A DNA stretch of 64,000 nt from Bacteroidota bacterium (GTDB lineage: Bacteria; Bacteroidota; Bacteroidia; AKYH767-A; JAHEYN01): the NCBI GenBank assembly GCA_947448795.1, contig CANFOZ010000004.1:4086-68085 (forward strand), in the 5' to 3' direction. How positions within the stretch are numbered: position 1 is the stretch's first letter; each line of letters begins with the position of its first letter. The notes under the pieces were generated by a model, which worked only from the letters and a program-made list of their open reading frames with translations, was not told the DNA's origin and made no database searches. Of this stretch, positions 37,197-47,271 are shown one piece after another. A program made the translations under genes and the position numbers.

Positions 37197-38588
37197 TTAA
37201 ACGTTGTCTTTTTTAACGATCTGAGCCATCATTTCGGCTTGAATGACCATTTTGTCACCAACATAACCTTCACCACGCATGTGGCAAAGACCGCGGCGAA
37301 TAGGACTGGCTAATCGCATATGATAAACAAGTGAATCGCCAGGAATAACTTTTTGCTTGAATTTCACATTGTCAATCTTAGCAAAGTAGGTCCAATAGTT
37401 CTCTGGATCCTCGAGGCTATTCATAATAAGAATACCACCTGTTTGCGCCATGCCTTCAATCATTAGTACCCCTGGCATAACAGGATTTCCAGGAAAGTGT
37501 CCTTGAAAGAACCATTCGTTCATGGATACATTTTTCACACCCACAACGTAATCCTGCCCCATCTCAATAATTTTATCGATGAGCAAAAACGGCTGTCTGT
37601 GCGGAAGGAGCTTTTCAATCTTGTTGATATCGATAATAGCTGGTTTACGAGCATCAAAAACCTGCACTTTCTTTAATTTCTCGGCACGAATATGCGCCTT
37701 AATTTTCTTGGCAAACTCAACATTGCCGGCATGCCCGGGGCGAGCCGCAAGAATATGCATTTTCAAAGGCGTGCCAACCAATGCAAAATCACCCACGATA
37801 TCAAGCAGCTTATGTCGGGCCGGTTCATTCTGAAAACGCAGCTGGGTGTTGTTCAAGAACCCGCGCTCTTTAACCTGCACTTTGGGTTTATTAAAAAGGA
37901 TAGCCAGCTCATCAAGCTTTTCCTGACCAACAACTTTGTCAACAATAACGATTGCATTATCGAGATCACCGCCTTTAATGAGATTGCCTTTTATTAAATA
38001 TTCGAGCTCGTGCAAAAAGCAAAATGTGCGTGAGGTCGAAATCTCATCTTTAAACTCCGAAGGCTTGTACATCGAAGCATGCTGAGTTCCGAGTACTGGC
38101 GAATTATAATCGACCATTACAGTAACCCTAAAATCTTCACTTGGTACAGCCAGCATCTCCACCTTCTTTACTGTATCTTCGAAGGTCATGGTTTTATCCA
38201 ACACGAAATATTCTCTTTCGCTCTCCTGCTCAACGATTCCGGCAGCTAAAAGGGCTTCAACAAAAGGGGCTGCGCTACCATCCATTATTGGTATCTCTGG
38301 CCCATCAACCTGAATAAGTACGTTGTCTATCTCTAAGCCTACCAAAGCTGCTAGAACATGCTCGACTGTATTAACAGTAACGCCGTTCAAACCAAGGGTG
38401 GTTCCTCTTGATGTGTCTACTACATAATCAGCATCAGCATCAATTATCGGCTGACCTTCTACATCAATTCGCTGAAACTTATAGCCATGATTATCAGCTG
38501 CAGGCAGGATGGTCAAGATGGCTTTCATGCCCGTATGCAAGCCAACGCCAGCGACGGATGCAGCTGTTTTTATGGTGCGTTGCTTCAT
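37197..38588 (-). CDS. lpxC/fabZ: Bifunctional UDP-3-O-acyl-GlcNAc deacetylase / 3-hydroxyacyl-ACP dehydratase
   Basis: LpxC N-terminal GVGLHTG, and a FabZ C-terminus FFQGHFPGNPVMPGVLMIEGMAQ. Start placed at MKQRTIK; the ORF is open to 38642. Confidence 0.93.
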   Translation of the reverse strand: MKQRTIKTAASVAGVGLHTGMKAILTILPAADNHGYKFQRIDVEGQPIIDADADYVVDTSRGTTLGLNGVTVNTVEHVLAALVGLEIDNVLIQVDGPEIPIMDGSAAPFVEALLAAGIVEQESEREYFVLDKTMTFEDTVKKVEMLAVPSEDFRVTVMVDYNSPVLGTQHASMYKPSEFKDEISTSRTFCFLHELEYLIKGNLIKGGDLDNAIVIVDKVVGQEKLDELAILFNKPKVQVKERGFLNNTQLRFQNEPARHKLLDIVGDFALVGTPLKMHILAARPGHAGNVEFAKKIKAHIRAEKLKKVQVFDARKPAIIDINKIEKLLPHRQPFLLIDKIIEMGQDYVVGVKNVSMNEWFFQGHFPGNPVMPGVLMIEGMAQTGGILIMNSLEDPENYWTYFAKIDNVKFKQKVIPGDSLVYHMRLASPIRRGLCHMRGEGYVGDKMVIQAEMMAQIVKKDNV

Positions 38589-38625
38589 TACTTGATCCGA
38601 AACCGCTGTCGTGTTGGTCATTTCA

Positions 38626-39678
38626 CTAGTCTCTTGTTGCATTGTGTATAGGGTTGGTATCGAATTGTTTTTGTTCTAAATCAGATATTCGCTTTTCTAA
38701 ATCAGGCAATTTGCGGAACATGACATAGCTACGCTTGTAAATGCCAACGGAGAAAGCTGGTGAGCCTTGAACGACTTCACCATCGATGAGGCTGTGTCCT
38801 ACTCCAGATTGAGCAGCCACTTTAACATTATCACCAATTGTAATATGGCCGAGAATACCAACCTGACCTCCAATCATGCAATTGCTACCAATTTTTGTTG
38901 AGCCAGCAATGCCTGTTTGAGCGGCTATAACGGTATTCTGCCCTATTTCAACATTGTGTGCAACCTGAATAAGGTTGTCGAGCTTAACACCATTTCTTAT
39001 AAACGTGGAACCAAGCGTGGCGCGATCGATGGTCGTATTCGGACCGATTTCTACGTGGTCCTCAATCACCACATTACCTATCTGAGCCACCTTTTTGAAC
39101 GCTGATCCTTGTTGGGGAGCAAAACCAAAACCATCGGCTCCAATAACCACTCCTGCATGAAGCGTGCAATTTGCACCAATCTGGCAGTTGTGATATACTT
39201 TAACACCAGCAAAAAGGGTTGTATCCGCGCCTACAGAGGCATTGTCACCAATGTATGTATTTGGATAAATACGCGCCCCTTTACCAATGCTGACGTTCTT
39301 GCCTATATAGGCAAAGGCACCAATGTAGGCGTCATCGGCTACACGCGCCGTTGGATCAATGAAACAGGGTTGCTCAATGCCACTTTTTGCAAGCTGCATA
39401 TCGTTGTACATCGACAGCAGCTTTGCAAATGACTCGTATGGATTTTCAACCCTAATCAAAGTGGCTTTAATAGGAGATTCCGCTTTAAAATCAGAGGCGA
39501 TAATGACAACCGATGCCTTGGTGGTATAAACGAACGGAGTGTACTTTGGATTGGCTAAAAAACTCAATGCACCTGCCTCTCCTTCTTCGATTTTAGCCAG
39601 TTTACTGACTTTAATCTCCGAATTACCATCCACCTTACCACCTAATAAATCGGCTATCTGTTTAGCAGTGAATTCCAT
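38626..39678 (-). CDS. lpxD: UDP-3-O-(3-hydroxyacyl)glucosamine N-acyltransferase
   Basis: N-terminal FTAKQIADLLGG domain followed by long hexapeptide repeats. Confidence 0.93.
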   Translation of the reverse strand: MEFTAKQIADLLGGKVDGNSEIKVSKLAKIEEGEAGALSFLANPKYTPFVYTTKASVVIIASDFKAESPIKATLIRVENPYESFAKLLSMYNDMQLAKSGIEQPCFIDPTARVADDAYIGAFAYIGKNVSIGKGARIYPNTYIGDNASVGADTTLFAGVKVYHNCQIGANCTLHAGVVIGADGFGFAPQQGSAFKKVAQIGNVVIEDHVEIGPNTTIDRATLGSTFIRNGVKLDNLIQVAHNVEIGQNTVIAAQTGIAGSTKIGSNCMIGGQVGILGHITIGDNVKVAAQSGVGHSLIDGEVVQGSPAFSVGIYKRSYVMFRKLPDLEKRISDLEQKQFDTNPIHNATRD

Positions 39679-39682
39679 CTTT

Positions 39683-39690
39683 CAAATTTA
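39683..39690 (-). promoter_or_regulatory. Candidate -7 promoter box (TAAATTTG) 4 nt from the lpxD ATG
   Basis: The minus strand reads TAAATTTG-AAAG-ATG. Confidence 0.35.
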
Positions 39691-39725
39691 CGAATATATC
39701 AAGATTGGGACAAATCCTGTAAAAC

Positions 39726-40610
39726 CTACTTCTTTACATCAATCAGCTCCACTTCAAACACAAGAGCAGAATATGGAGGGATGATGTATTCGTTATGCTT
39801 GCGCGGATCTGGTGCACCACGCTCTCCATAGGCCAAAGATGATGGAATAACAAAGGTAGCTTTGCCGCCTTTTTTCATAAGCAAAATACCTTCTTCCCAA
39901 CCTGGAATAACTTGATTGCGACCGAGAATCAAATCGATAGGCTTGCCCGATTGAAGTGAACTATCGAATACTTTACCATCAAGAAATTTACCCGTGTAAT
40001 GGATTGAAACGGTCATGCCTGTGTCTACTTTACTTCCTTTGCCGGCAAGCGTTTCGATATAATACAAGCCCGTTGCAGATGGTTGTACCGTAATGGCGTT
40101 ATCAGCAATATACTTAGCTGTTTCAGTTACTTCAGCGTTTTTGTTCTTTTCACGCAAGGCCTGATCAGCAGCTTCGGCCGCAGCCTTGGTAGTAAATTTT
40201 TGCATCTTCACCACGAAGGTCAACATGCTGCCTTTTTTTATAAAATCAGGCATTTTCTCCATGTGAAAAGTCTTTTCGAAGAGTGAATCAGCAGACACAA
40301 GAAAAGTTGCACTATCGCCGGCACTTAACATCGCAAATCCTTCTTCAACACTGCCTTTATAACTTGGCTCTTGAAGTGGCATCTCCAAGGGAGTACCTTT
40401 TGTATAGGTGCTAAACAACACAGAATCCTTGTCTGTCTTGTAAATCATGTCCATTACAACGATGTCGCCAACAACTGGCTTTGCACCCTCATTCTTCGTA
40501 TGCATTTTATATTGAAGACCGCTTTCTGTTTTGTCGAAGCCTCCAGATTTACATGCATAAAAATTAACACTAACAATGGCCGCCAGGGCTGTGATTTTAA
40601 AGTAATTCAT
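39726..40610 (-). CDS. FKBP-type peptidyl-prolyl cis-trans isomerase, lipoprotein
   Basis: C-terminal FKBP domain (HYTGKFLDGKVFDSS...GWEEG...IPSSLAYG) and a lipobox (VNFYAC). Confidence 0.85.
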   Translation of the reverse strand: MNYFKITALAAIVSVNFYACKSGGFDKTESGLQYKMHTKNEGAKPVVGDIVVMDMIYKTDKDSVLFSTYTKGTPLEMPLQEPSYKGSVEEGFAMLSAGDSATFLVSADSLFEKTFHMEKMPDFIKKGSMLTFVVKMQKFTTKAAAEAADQALREKNKNAEVTETAKYIADNAITVQPSATGLYYIETLAGKGSKVDTGMTVSIHYTGKFLDGKVFDSSLQSGKPIDLILGRNQVIPGWEEGILLMKKGGKATFVIPSSLAYGERGAPDPRKHNEYIIPPYSALVFEVELIDVKK

Positions 40611-40648
40611 GGTTTTGATAATAGAATGTTGGTTATAATTAAAAATGA

Positions 40649-41173
40649 CTATTCAATTTTTAAGAGTTGCAATTTGCAAAGCAAAATGCACGATGGTGGT
40701 ACTTTCTTTTTGTCGCCGTTTTTACCGTAGCCCATGTGTGCAGGAATTATTAATGTGGCCTCATCGCCTGGATTCATATATATAACGGCCTCTTGAATAC
40801 CACGAATCAGTTCACTTCTGCCTGGGTTAAAAACAAAGGGCTCACTAGCATTAATTGTATAGAAGACCTTTCCTTTTAAATCACCAAGCGTATAAGCGAT
40901 CGATACTTTTTCACTCTCTTTGTGTTTAATCGGCGCGCCTTTCCCCTTTTTTACAACATAACGAAGTCCTGACCCGGTGCGTTGCATGGTTAAGTCATGC
41001 GCTTTAATATAGGCATCAATCTCAGCCGACTCGTTGCTTAAAAGACGCTTGTTCATCATAATCAAGCGTTCTTTTTGCTCAGCAGCAACTTTGGGATCAA
41101 CTGTATGTTTCTTCGTCTGCGCTTCGCTCGAAAAAACAATAAATACTAGTGCTATTGCTGCAAGTGACTTCAT
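40649..41173 (-). CDS. FKBP-type peptidyl-prolyl cis-trans isomerase
   Basis: Signal peptide and an FKBP domain (IRGIQEAVIYMNPGDEATLIIPAHMGYG). Confidence 0.8.
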   Translation of the reverse strand: MKSLAAIALVFIVFSSEAQTKKHTVDPKVAAEQKERLIMMNKRLLSNESAEIDAYIKAHDLTMQRTGSGLRYVVKKGKGAPIKHKESEKVSIAYTLGDLKGKVFYTINASEPFVFNPGRSELIRGIQEAVIYMNPGDEATLIIPAHMGYGKNGDKKKVPPSCILLCKLQLLKIE

Positions 41174-41175
41174 GA

Positions 41176-42180
41176 TTATCGAGTTAATTCAGCTTTATAT
41201 TCAGGCAAGAGCGAGATAAATCGTTTAATCGTATCTTCTAAAGACAAGGACGATCGACCGCCAGAAGCATTTTTATGACCTCCTCCTTCAAAATACTTGT
41301 CCGAAAAGTCCCTGACACTGAAATCATCCTTTGAGCGAAAAGAAATTTTCACTTCGCCTTTACGCTCAACAAACAAAACGGATAAACGGATGTTTTTAAT
41401 GCTTAAAGGAATATTTACAATTCCTTCAGTATCGCCTGTTTTGTGATGAAAGCGATTTAACTCCGCATTAGACAAACCAATGATTGCGGTGTTGAATTCG
41501 TTCAGCACCATCATTTTTTCTTGTGTACAGTATCCCACTAAACGAATACGGTCTTCGCTCCAAACATCATAAATAGCCTCGTGTGCAATGTAGTTGCGCG
41601 CTCCCGCACGAATCAAATCGGCAGCCACTTCATACGTTTCGGCTGTTGCCGAAACGAAACGAAACGAAGCAGTATCGGTCATTATGCCCGTATAAATACA
41701 CTCGGCGATATCCTGATCAAGCAGGGCGCGATCACCCATTGCTACAATGAAACGATAAATCAGCTCCGCTGTCGACGACGCGGTAGGATCCGTAAGTTCA
41801 AGGTCGCAGAATGATTCTGGCTCCAGATGATGGTCAATATTTACTTTGAAACCTTTGGCGGCAGCAATATGTGGTGCTACAGATTCGCAGCGAGAGATGC
41901 GATTAAAGTCTAAACAAAAGATAATCTCGGCGGCTTCAATTGCAGTTGCAGATCCAACCGGATCTTTCTGAATTTCGATTACATGCTCATTTCCAGCCAT
42001 CCATTGCAAAAAGTCAGGATAATCACTAGGAGCGATAAAGGTAACAGCATGCCCCTTTTTAAGCAGGTAATTATATAAGCCAAGCGAAGATCCGATCGCA
42101 TCACCATCGGGTTTATAGTGCGTCGTAATTACAACTTTACGGGGTACTTCAAGTAACTCTTTAATCTTCGCTACAATCAT
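41176..42180 (-). CDS. nrnA: DHH-family oligoribonuclease / pAp phosphatase NrnA
   Basis: PDGDAIGS, IDHH and GGGHKNASGG motifs. Confidence 0.85.
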   Translation of the reverse strand: MIVAKIKELLEVPRKVVITTHYKPDGDAIGSSLGLYNYLLKKGHAVTFIAPSDYPDFLQWMAGNEHVIEIQKDPVGSATAIEAAEIIFCLDFNRISRCESVAPHIAAAKGFKVNIDHHLEPESFCDLELTDPTASSTAELIYRFIVAMGDRALLDQDIAECIYTGIMTDTASFRFVSATAETYEVAADLIRAGARNYIAHEAIYDVWSEDRIRLVGYCTQEKMMVLNEFNTAIIGLSNAELNRFHHKTGDTEGIVNIPLSIKNIRLSVLFVERKGEVKISFRSKDDFSVRDFSDKYFEGGGHKNASGGRSSLSLEDTIKRFISLLPEYKAELTR

Positions 42181-42199
42181 TTTATGAATAAATGAACGG

Positions 42200-42207
42200 C
42201 AAAATTA
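42200..42207 (-). promoter_or_regulatory. Candidate -7 promoter box (TAATTTTG) for nrnA
   Basis: The minus strand reads TAATTTTG, 19 nt upstream of the ATG at 42180. Confidence 0.4.
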
Positions 42208-42349
42208 GGAAAATAAAGGAAATAGAAGGCATCGGTATGCATGAGCTTATGAACAGAGTTTTAAGCATTCCGTGAAGATAAATGCCTCCGTTTTTGTTTT
42301 ATTACGGTACCCTTCCCAACAACTCGTAGACTATTGTTGATATTATGCG

Positions 42350-42357
42350 TACTTTTG
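42350..42357 (+). promoter_or_regulatory. Candidate -7 promoter box (TACTTTTG) for ndk
   Basis: TACTTTTG lies 21 nt upstream of the ATG at 42379. This supports the internal ATG over the listed start at 42334. Confidence 0.45.
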
Positions 42358-42378
42358 CACTCCCAAATAAAAAAAGAA

Positions 42379-42798
42379 ATGGCTACTAACAGAACTTTTA
42401 CCATGATTAAGCCCGATGCCGTTGCAAACGGACACATCGGCGCAATTATTAACAAAATTACCGAGGCAGGATTTAAAATCATTGCCATGAAGTACACACA
42501 TCTAAGCAATGAAAAAGCTGGCGAGTTTTATGAAGTTCATAAGAGTCGTCCTTTTTACAATGACCTGGTGTCGTATATGTCTAAAGGAAACATCGTTCCG
42601 ATGATTCTTGAGAAAGACAACGCGGTAGAAGATTTTCGCAAACTGATTGGCGCAACTGACCCTTCGAAAGCGGAACAAGGCACCATTCGTAACCTGTATG
42701 CAAAATCGATTGACGCTAACGCCATTCACGGTTCAGACAGCGATGATAATGCAGCCATCGAAGGAAGTTTCTTCTTCTCGATGTTAGAGCGATTCTAG
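42379..42798 (+). CDS. ndk: Nucleoside diphosphate kinase
   Basis: [11 protein letters not shown] and NAIHGSDS motifs. About 139 aa from the MATNRTF start. Confidence 0.95.
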   Translation: MATNRTFTMIKPDAVANGHIGAIINKITEAGFKIIAMKYTHLSNEKAGEFYEVHKSRPFYNDLVSYMSKGNIVPMILEKDNAVEDFRKLIGATDPSKAEQGTIRNLYAKSIDANAIHGSDSDDNAAIEGSFFFSMLERF

Positions 42799-42838
42799 TT
42801 TAAGTCAGAAAAACCTGCTCTGCCTTTCGCAAACACAC

Positions 42839-43816
42839 TTAATGGTGATGCGGAGCGTCGAGCAGGTTGTTCTTTCCGGCTATACAAAGGGCATATTGGA
42901 AACCTGCTTCTAATGAATAAGCTCCTGTTTCACCCCTTTTATTCATAGCTAAAAAACCCACCTGAAATTCCTTGTAATCGGGTTGTTTTCTAATAATTCG
43001 CTTTACGGCTTCTTCGCATGCCTGTTGTGGGGTTAATCCTGCGCGCATCAGTTCCACCACGATGGCCGAGCCCGCAATTCTTATTACGGCTTCACCTTTG
43101 CCTGTAGCACAAGCGCCACCTACTTCGTTATCAACAAAGAGTCCAGCACCGATGATCGGCGAATCCCCTACTCGTCCGTGAAGTTTCCATGCCATGCCGC
43201 TAGTGGTGCAAGCCCCCGATATATTTCCTTTCGCGTCTATAGCTAGCATGCCAATCGTATCGTGGTTGTTGCGATCAAACTTTACGGGTGTGTATTGATT
43301 GGCCTTCTTCCATTCTTCCCAAGCTTTACGCGCATTTTCAGTAAGCAGGTTCTCCTTTTTGAAACCTTGTTTCAAGGCAAAATCCTGTGCCCCCTCACCA
43401 ACTAGCATTACATGAGGCGTTTTTTCCATAACCTTGCGGGCCACAGAAATAGGGTGCATGATCTCTTGAAGTGCAGCAACCGAACCGGCATTACCAAATT
43501 CATCCATAATACATGCATCCAGCGACATATAACCATCACGATCAGGCATTCCACCATAACCAACACTGGTTACAAGGGGATCTGCCTCAGGCACCATCAC
43601 GCCTTGCTCAACCGCATCCAGTGCGCGCCCATTGGCGACCAACACCTTCCATGCCGCCGCATTAGCAGCAATGCCATGATCCCAGGTTGATAGAACCATC
43701 GGCCCTGGCGCTTTTTGAGCGGAGAGCACACTTTGTGCGATAATAGATGGAGCAGCCAAAACAGCGGCCGAAGCCAAGGTGCCTTTTAGGAGGAATTCTC
43801 GACGGTTGCTTGTCAT
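42839..43816 (-). CDS. Glycosylasparaginase / isoaspartyl peptidase family Ntn-hydrolase with twin-arginine signal
   Basis: RREFLLKG Tat motif, the HDTIGMLAID autoprocessing site, and GAGLFVDNEVGGA. Confidence 0.8.
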   Translation of the reverse strand: MTSNRREFLLKGTLASAAVLAAPSIIAQSVLSAQKAPGPMVLSTWDHGIAANAAAWKVLVANGRALDAVEQGVMVPEADPLVTSVGYGGMPDRDGYMSLDACIMDEFGNAGSVAALQEIMHPISVARKVMEKTPHVMLVGEGAQDFALKQGFKKENLLTENARKAWEEWKKANQYTPVKFDRNNHDTIGMLAIDAKGNISGACTTSGMAWKLHGRVGDSPIIGAGLFVDNEVGGACATGKGEAVIRIAGSAIVVELMRAGLTPQQACEEAVKRIIRKQPDYKEFQVGFLAMNKRGETGAYSLEAGFQYALCIAGKNNLLDAPHHH

Positions 43817-43827
43817 GTTTTTGGGGT

Positions 43828-44118
43828 TTAAAGTAAAGTTACCTCTCGAACTATATTCGCTCCTAACTTTTCATTGACCAATTGAATGATTTTGGCTTTA
43901 GAAAAATGCAGTTCTTCGCGAAGCACCGAAGATATAACTCTAATTTGTAAAGTATCTCCTTTTAACTTTAAATCTTGTGTTCGTTTGGCGATGGCTGGCC
44001 CTACAAGCTCTTCCCACGACTCAATAAGCTGAGCCTCGCGTAGTTTAGGGCGAATCTTATAAGCCTCAACCAATTGCTGTATAGCTTCCTTCAAAGTGTA
44101 ATCGTTTCCTTTTCGCAT
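43828..44118 (-). CDS. DUF721 domain protein (recF-associated)
   Basis: A small basic protein immediately after recF. Start placed at the ATG at 44118, one nt after the recF stop. Confidence 0.7.
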   Translation of the reverse strand: MRKGNDYTLKEAIQQLVEAYKIRPKLREAQLIESWEELVGPAIAKRTQDLKLKGDTLQIRVISSVLREELHFSKAKIIQLVNEKLGANIVREVTLL

Positions 44119-44119
44119 A

Positions 44120-45235
44120 TCAACGGCTTTTGTTAGTCTCGGATACTTCTCCGTTTTGAACAAAAAAAACTTTCGGCTTTACTTTTATTTTTCGAAAGAT
44201 AGCCACCGCGCGGTCCGGGTGCGAATCGGTTAGAAAAATCTGCCCAAAAGCAGCTCCACTAACAAGCTCCATCAAACGGCTCAGGCGCCGCTCATCAAGC
44301 TTGTCGAACACATCATCTAGCAATAATAAAGGATTGCTTTTTTTAACCGTTTTTATGTACTCAAACTGCGCCAGCTTGAGGGCGGTAAGGAATGATTTCT
44401 GTTGCCCTTGTGAGCCAAATTTTTTAACCGCAAAACCATCCAATTTAAATACAAGATCGTCTTTATGAATACCAACCGTGGTGTATTGAAGAAATCGATC
44501 TTTATCGATGGCTTGACTCAAAAGTGTTGCAAAATCGTGCTCGTTCAAGGACGATTGGTAGTCGACTCCAGCTTCTTCGCGCCCTTCCGATAGATACTCA
44601 AAATATTTTTTAAATATAGGAACAAAGCCCTCTACAAAAGAGGCTCTGCGCTCGAATATCAGCCGACCGAGTTGAACCAACTGCTCGTCCCAAACATCCA
44701 ACATTTGCTTGTCAAAACGACCGCTCGAAGCAAATTGCTTAAGCAAGGTATTTCGTTGCAAAAGCACCTTGTTGTAATTGATCAGATTATCAAGATAGGT
44801 CGAATCAAATTGGGCTATAATACTATCAAAAAGCTTTCTGCGCTCCTCGCTGCCTCCCGTTATCAATATCGAATCTTCCGGCGAAATAAGTACAACCGGA
44901 AAGCGACCGATGTGATCCGCTAAGCGTGGGTATTCTTTTTGATTTAGTTTAAACTGTTTTTTTTCGTTTCGTTTAAAACCACAATAAACCGTGTCGATGT
45001 GATCGCCTTCCGAAAAATGACCTTGCAACACAAAAATATCCTGTTCGTGCTTGACATTCTGACTATCAATCGGGTTGAATGCACTCTTACAAAGAGCCAA
45101 ATAATGTATTGCGTCGAGTAAATTGGTTTTTCCTGAGCCGTTATCGCCTACAAAGCAGTTCACTCCTTCATCGAAGAGAAGTGCAGCGTCCGTATAGTTT
45201 TTGAAATTGACGAGGTGAAGCTTTTGAAGAAACAT
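44120..45235 (-). CDS. recF: DNA replication and repair protein RecF
   Basis: N-terminal L.L.NFKNY, Walker A GDNGSGKTNLLDA, the signature region SQGQQKS and LLLDDV. Confidence 0.95.
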   Translation of the reverse strand: MFLQKLHLVNFKNYTDAALLFDEGVNCFVGDNGSGKTNLLDAIHYLALCKSAFNPIDSQNVKHEQDIFVLQGHFSEGDHIDTVYCGFKRNEKKQFKLNQKEYPRLADHIGRFPVVLISPEDSILITGGSEERRKLFDSIIAQFDSTYLDNLINYNKVLLQRNTLLKQFASSGRFDKQMLDVWDEQLVQLGRLIFERRASFVEGFVPIFKKYFEYLSEGREEAGVDYQSSLNEHDFATLLSQAIDKDRFLQYTTVGIHKDDLVFKLDGFAVKKFGSQGQQKSFLTALKLAQFEYIKTVKKSNPLLLLDDVFDKLDERRLSRLMELVSGAAFGQIFLTDSHPDRAVAIFRKIKVKPKVFFVQNGEVSETNKSR

Positions 45236-45239
45236 TATG

Positions 45240-45247
45240 CAAAGCTA
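45240..45247 (-). promoter_or_regulatory. Candidate -7 promoter box (TAGCTTTG) 4 nt from the recF ATG
   Basis: The minus strand reads TAGCTTTG-CATA-ATG. Confidence 0.35.
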
Positions 45248-45382
45248 CTATTTATGTGCGGCAAAAGAGATAGCCCATCGTGTCATTCTTAAAAAGAACG
45301 AACATAATTGACGCTACGTTTCCTCTAAAAACAAATTTTTCGGCTTTTTACAAGCTAATTTATGTTATTGTATTAAAATTTA

Positions 45383-45390
45383 TACTTTTG
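45383..45390 (+). promoter_or_regulatory. Candidate -7 promoter box (TACTTTTG) for the TPR gene / ribH
   Basis: TACTTTTG lies 33 nt upstream of the ATG at 45424. This argues against the listed start at 45280. Confidence 0.4.
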
Positions 45391-45423
45391 CAGTCCAATT
45401 TCAAAACCCAAACAAACCTCGTC

Positions 45424-46104
45424 ATGACTTCAGAAAAAGAAGAATCAGGTAATTTAGACATCACCGAAACGCTTGGAAAAACTGAGCTTTTTATCGATAA
45501 AAACAAAAAGAACATAGCCATCGTACTTGGTGCATTGGTTGTTGTATTAGGTGGTTACTTTGGTTATAAGAAATTTGTTTTAGAGCCGAAAGACAAAGAA
45601 GCGCAAGCGCAGATGTTTGTTGCTGAGCGTTATTTTGAAATGGACTCTCTTAAATTGGCTATCAACGGAGACGGCAACTACAAAGGCTTTGAAGCCATCA
45701 TCAGCGATTACGGCATGACCAAATCAGCCAATCTTGCTCACTACTATCTGGGCATGTCTTACTTAAAGACAGGTGAGTTTGACAAAGCCATTGAACATCT
45801 TAAGAACTTCAGCAGCGATGACGAAGTGCTAAAACCAATTGCCATCGGTGCGATCGGAGATGCCCTTATGGAGCAAGGCAAATTGGATGAAGCGGCTGCT
45901 CAATACAAGCTTGCAGCAGATGCTAAAACAAACGATTTTACAAGCCCAATATACCTCATGAAAGCAGGTCTTGCTTTTGAAAAAGCAAGCAAGTTTAACG
46001 AAGCGGTTGCCATCTATGAAAAGGTGAAAACAGACTTCTCTAAAACCAACGAAGCTGCTAACATTGACAAGTACATTGAGCGCGCAAAAGGCAGCAGCAA
46101 GTAA
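45424..46104 (+). CDS. Membrane-anchored tetratricopeptide repeat protein (YfgM-like)
   Basis: One TM helix (IAIVLGALVVVLGGYFGY) followed by TPR-like helices (AHYYLGMSYLKTGEFDKAIEHL). Confidence 0.7.
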   Translation: MTSEKEESGNLDITETLGKTELFIDKNKKNIAIVLGALVVVLGGYFGYKKFVLEPKDKEAQAQMFVAERYFEMDSLKLAINGDGNYKGFEAIISDYGMTKSANLAHYYLGMSYLKTGEFDKAIEHLKNFSSDDEVLKPIAIGAIGDALMEQGKLDEAAAQYKLAADAKTNDFTSPIYLMKAGLAFEKASKFNEAVAIYEKVKTDFSKTNEAANIDKYIERAKGSSK

Positions 46105-46127
46105 TCGGCGTTTTTTCGCACCCTCTC

Positions 46128-46616
46128 TTGGCCTCAGCACTTAAAAATCTTTCTTCACACCGCGCCCTTACTCTGAACGGTGCTTCTAATGTTCGTGTTT
46201 GTGTTGTGGTGTCCGAATGGAACCACAAAATAACCGGAGCATTAAGCCGCGGCGCTGTGAGCACTTTGCTTGACCATGGCATAAAGGAAAAGAACATCTT
46301 GGTTCATACCGTTCCTGGAAGTTTTGAATTGACTTTGGGCGCGAGTTTAGTTAACCAGAAATACAAACCGGATGCCGTAATTTGTCTTGGGTGCGTTATT
46401 ACTGGCGAAACTAGACATGCTGAATACATTTGTAACGCAGTGGCTCAGGGATTAACAATTCTTAGTTTACAACACCAAATCCCTTTTATCTTCGGTGTCT
46501 TAACGCCCGATACTCAAAAGCAAGCGGAAGAGCGTTCAGGCGGTAAGCATGGCAATAAAGGTATTGAAGCCGCCATGACCGCATTGGAGCTTATCAAATT
46601 AAAAAAGAGTTTGTAG
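46128..46616 (+). CDS. ribH: 6,7-dimethyl-8-ribityllumazine synthase
   Basis: VVVSEWNHKIT and ITGETRHAEYI motifs. TTG start; there is no in-frame ATG upstream of the conserved core. Confidence 0.9.
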   Translation: MASALKNLSSHRALTLNGASNVRVCVVVSEWNHKITGALSRGAVSTLLDHGIKEKNILVHTVPGSFELTLGASLVNQKYKPDAVICLGCVITGETRHAEYICNAVAQGLTILSLQHQIPFIFGVLTPDTQKQAEERSGGKHGNKGIEAAMTALELIKLKKSL

Positions 46617-46660
46617 CTTTACAACATCCTTTTTATTTGGTATTTTTGATAAAAAAAACA

Positions 46661-47257
46661 ATGAATTTTACAATCCGCATTGTCCTTGGTTTATCCATTC
46701 TCGTTTCCTTTTTTTCTTCGTGTAAAAAGAAAGGCAAAGTAGAGACACTAACCTTCGACTATACATATCCAGATATTAGTTGCACCGTGTCTGACACAGC
46801 CAATTTTGGCAGCACGTTCGAAGGTTGGACATATATTGAAGTGGAGAAAATAGACAACAGTGGATTTTTGAAGCTGCTGTCTGATAAACACATTCTTTCA
46901 AGCGATGTTCACAGCGCGAAACTGAAAAGTTTAACGCTTTCGATGATCACACCAAGTGATAGTAGCTTCAACATGTTCGATAGTGTTTTTGTGAAGCTTG
47001 GCGGCACTTTCTTTTACAACAACACGCCTTACCTTTCAGCATCCGACGACATGCTTGCTGGACAGTTTTACCCGATTCAAAAAACGGGCGCACGAAGTTT
47101 AACAATGACGCTTACCGACAGCAGTCTCATTCATCAGCTTTGTGTGGATGCAGCTGTTGCCTATCGCATGAAAGTTGTGTCGTATCCCTACATTGCGATA
47201 CCTAGCACCACGATTAAAGCATCGATTACCTTATCCGTTGAAGGAAACACCCATTAG
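46661..47257 (+). CDS. Hypothetical lipoprotein
   Basis: The MNFTIRIVLGLSILVSFFSSC lipobox begins at the ATG at 46661. No recognisable domain. Confidence 0.55.
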   Translation: MNFTIRIVLGLSILVSFFSSCKKKGKVETLTFDYTYPDISCTVSDTANFGSTFEGWTYIEVEKIDNSGFLKLLSDKHILSSDVHSAKLKSLTLSMITPSDSSFNMFDSVFVKLGGTFFYNNTPYLSASDDMLAGQFYPIQKTGARSLTMTLTDSSLIHQLCVDAAVAYRMKVVSYPYIAIPSTTIKASITLSVEGNTH

Positions 47258-47271
47258 GCAAGAACACTTGT

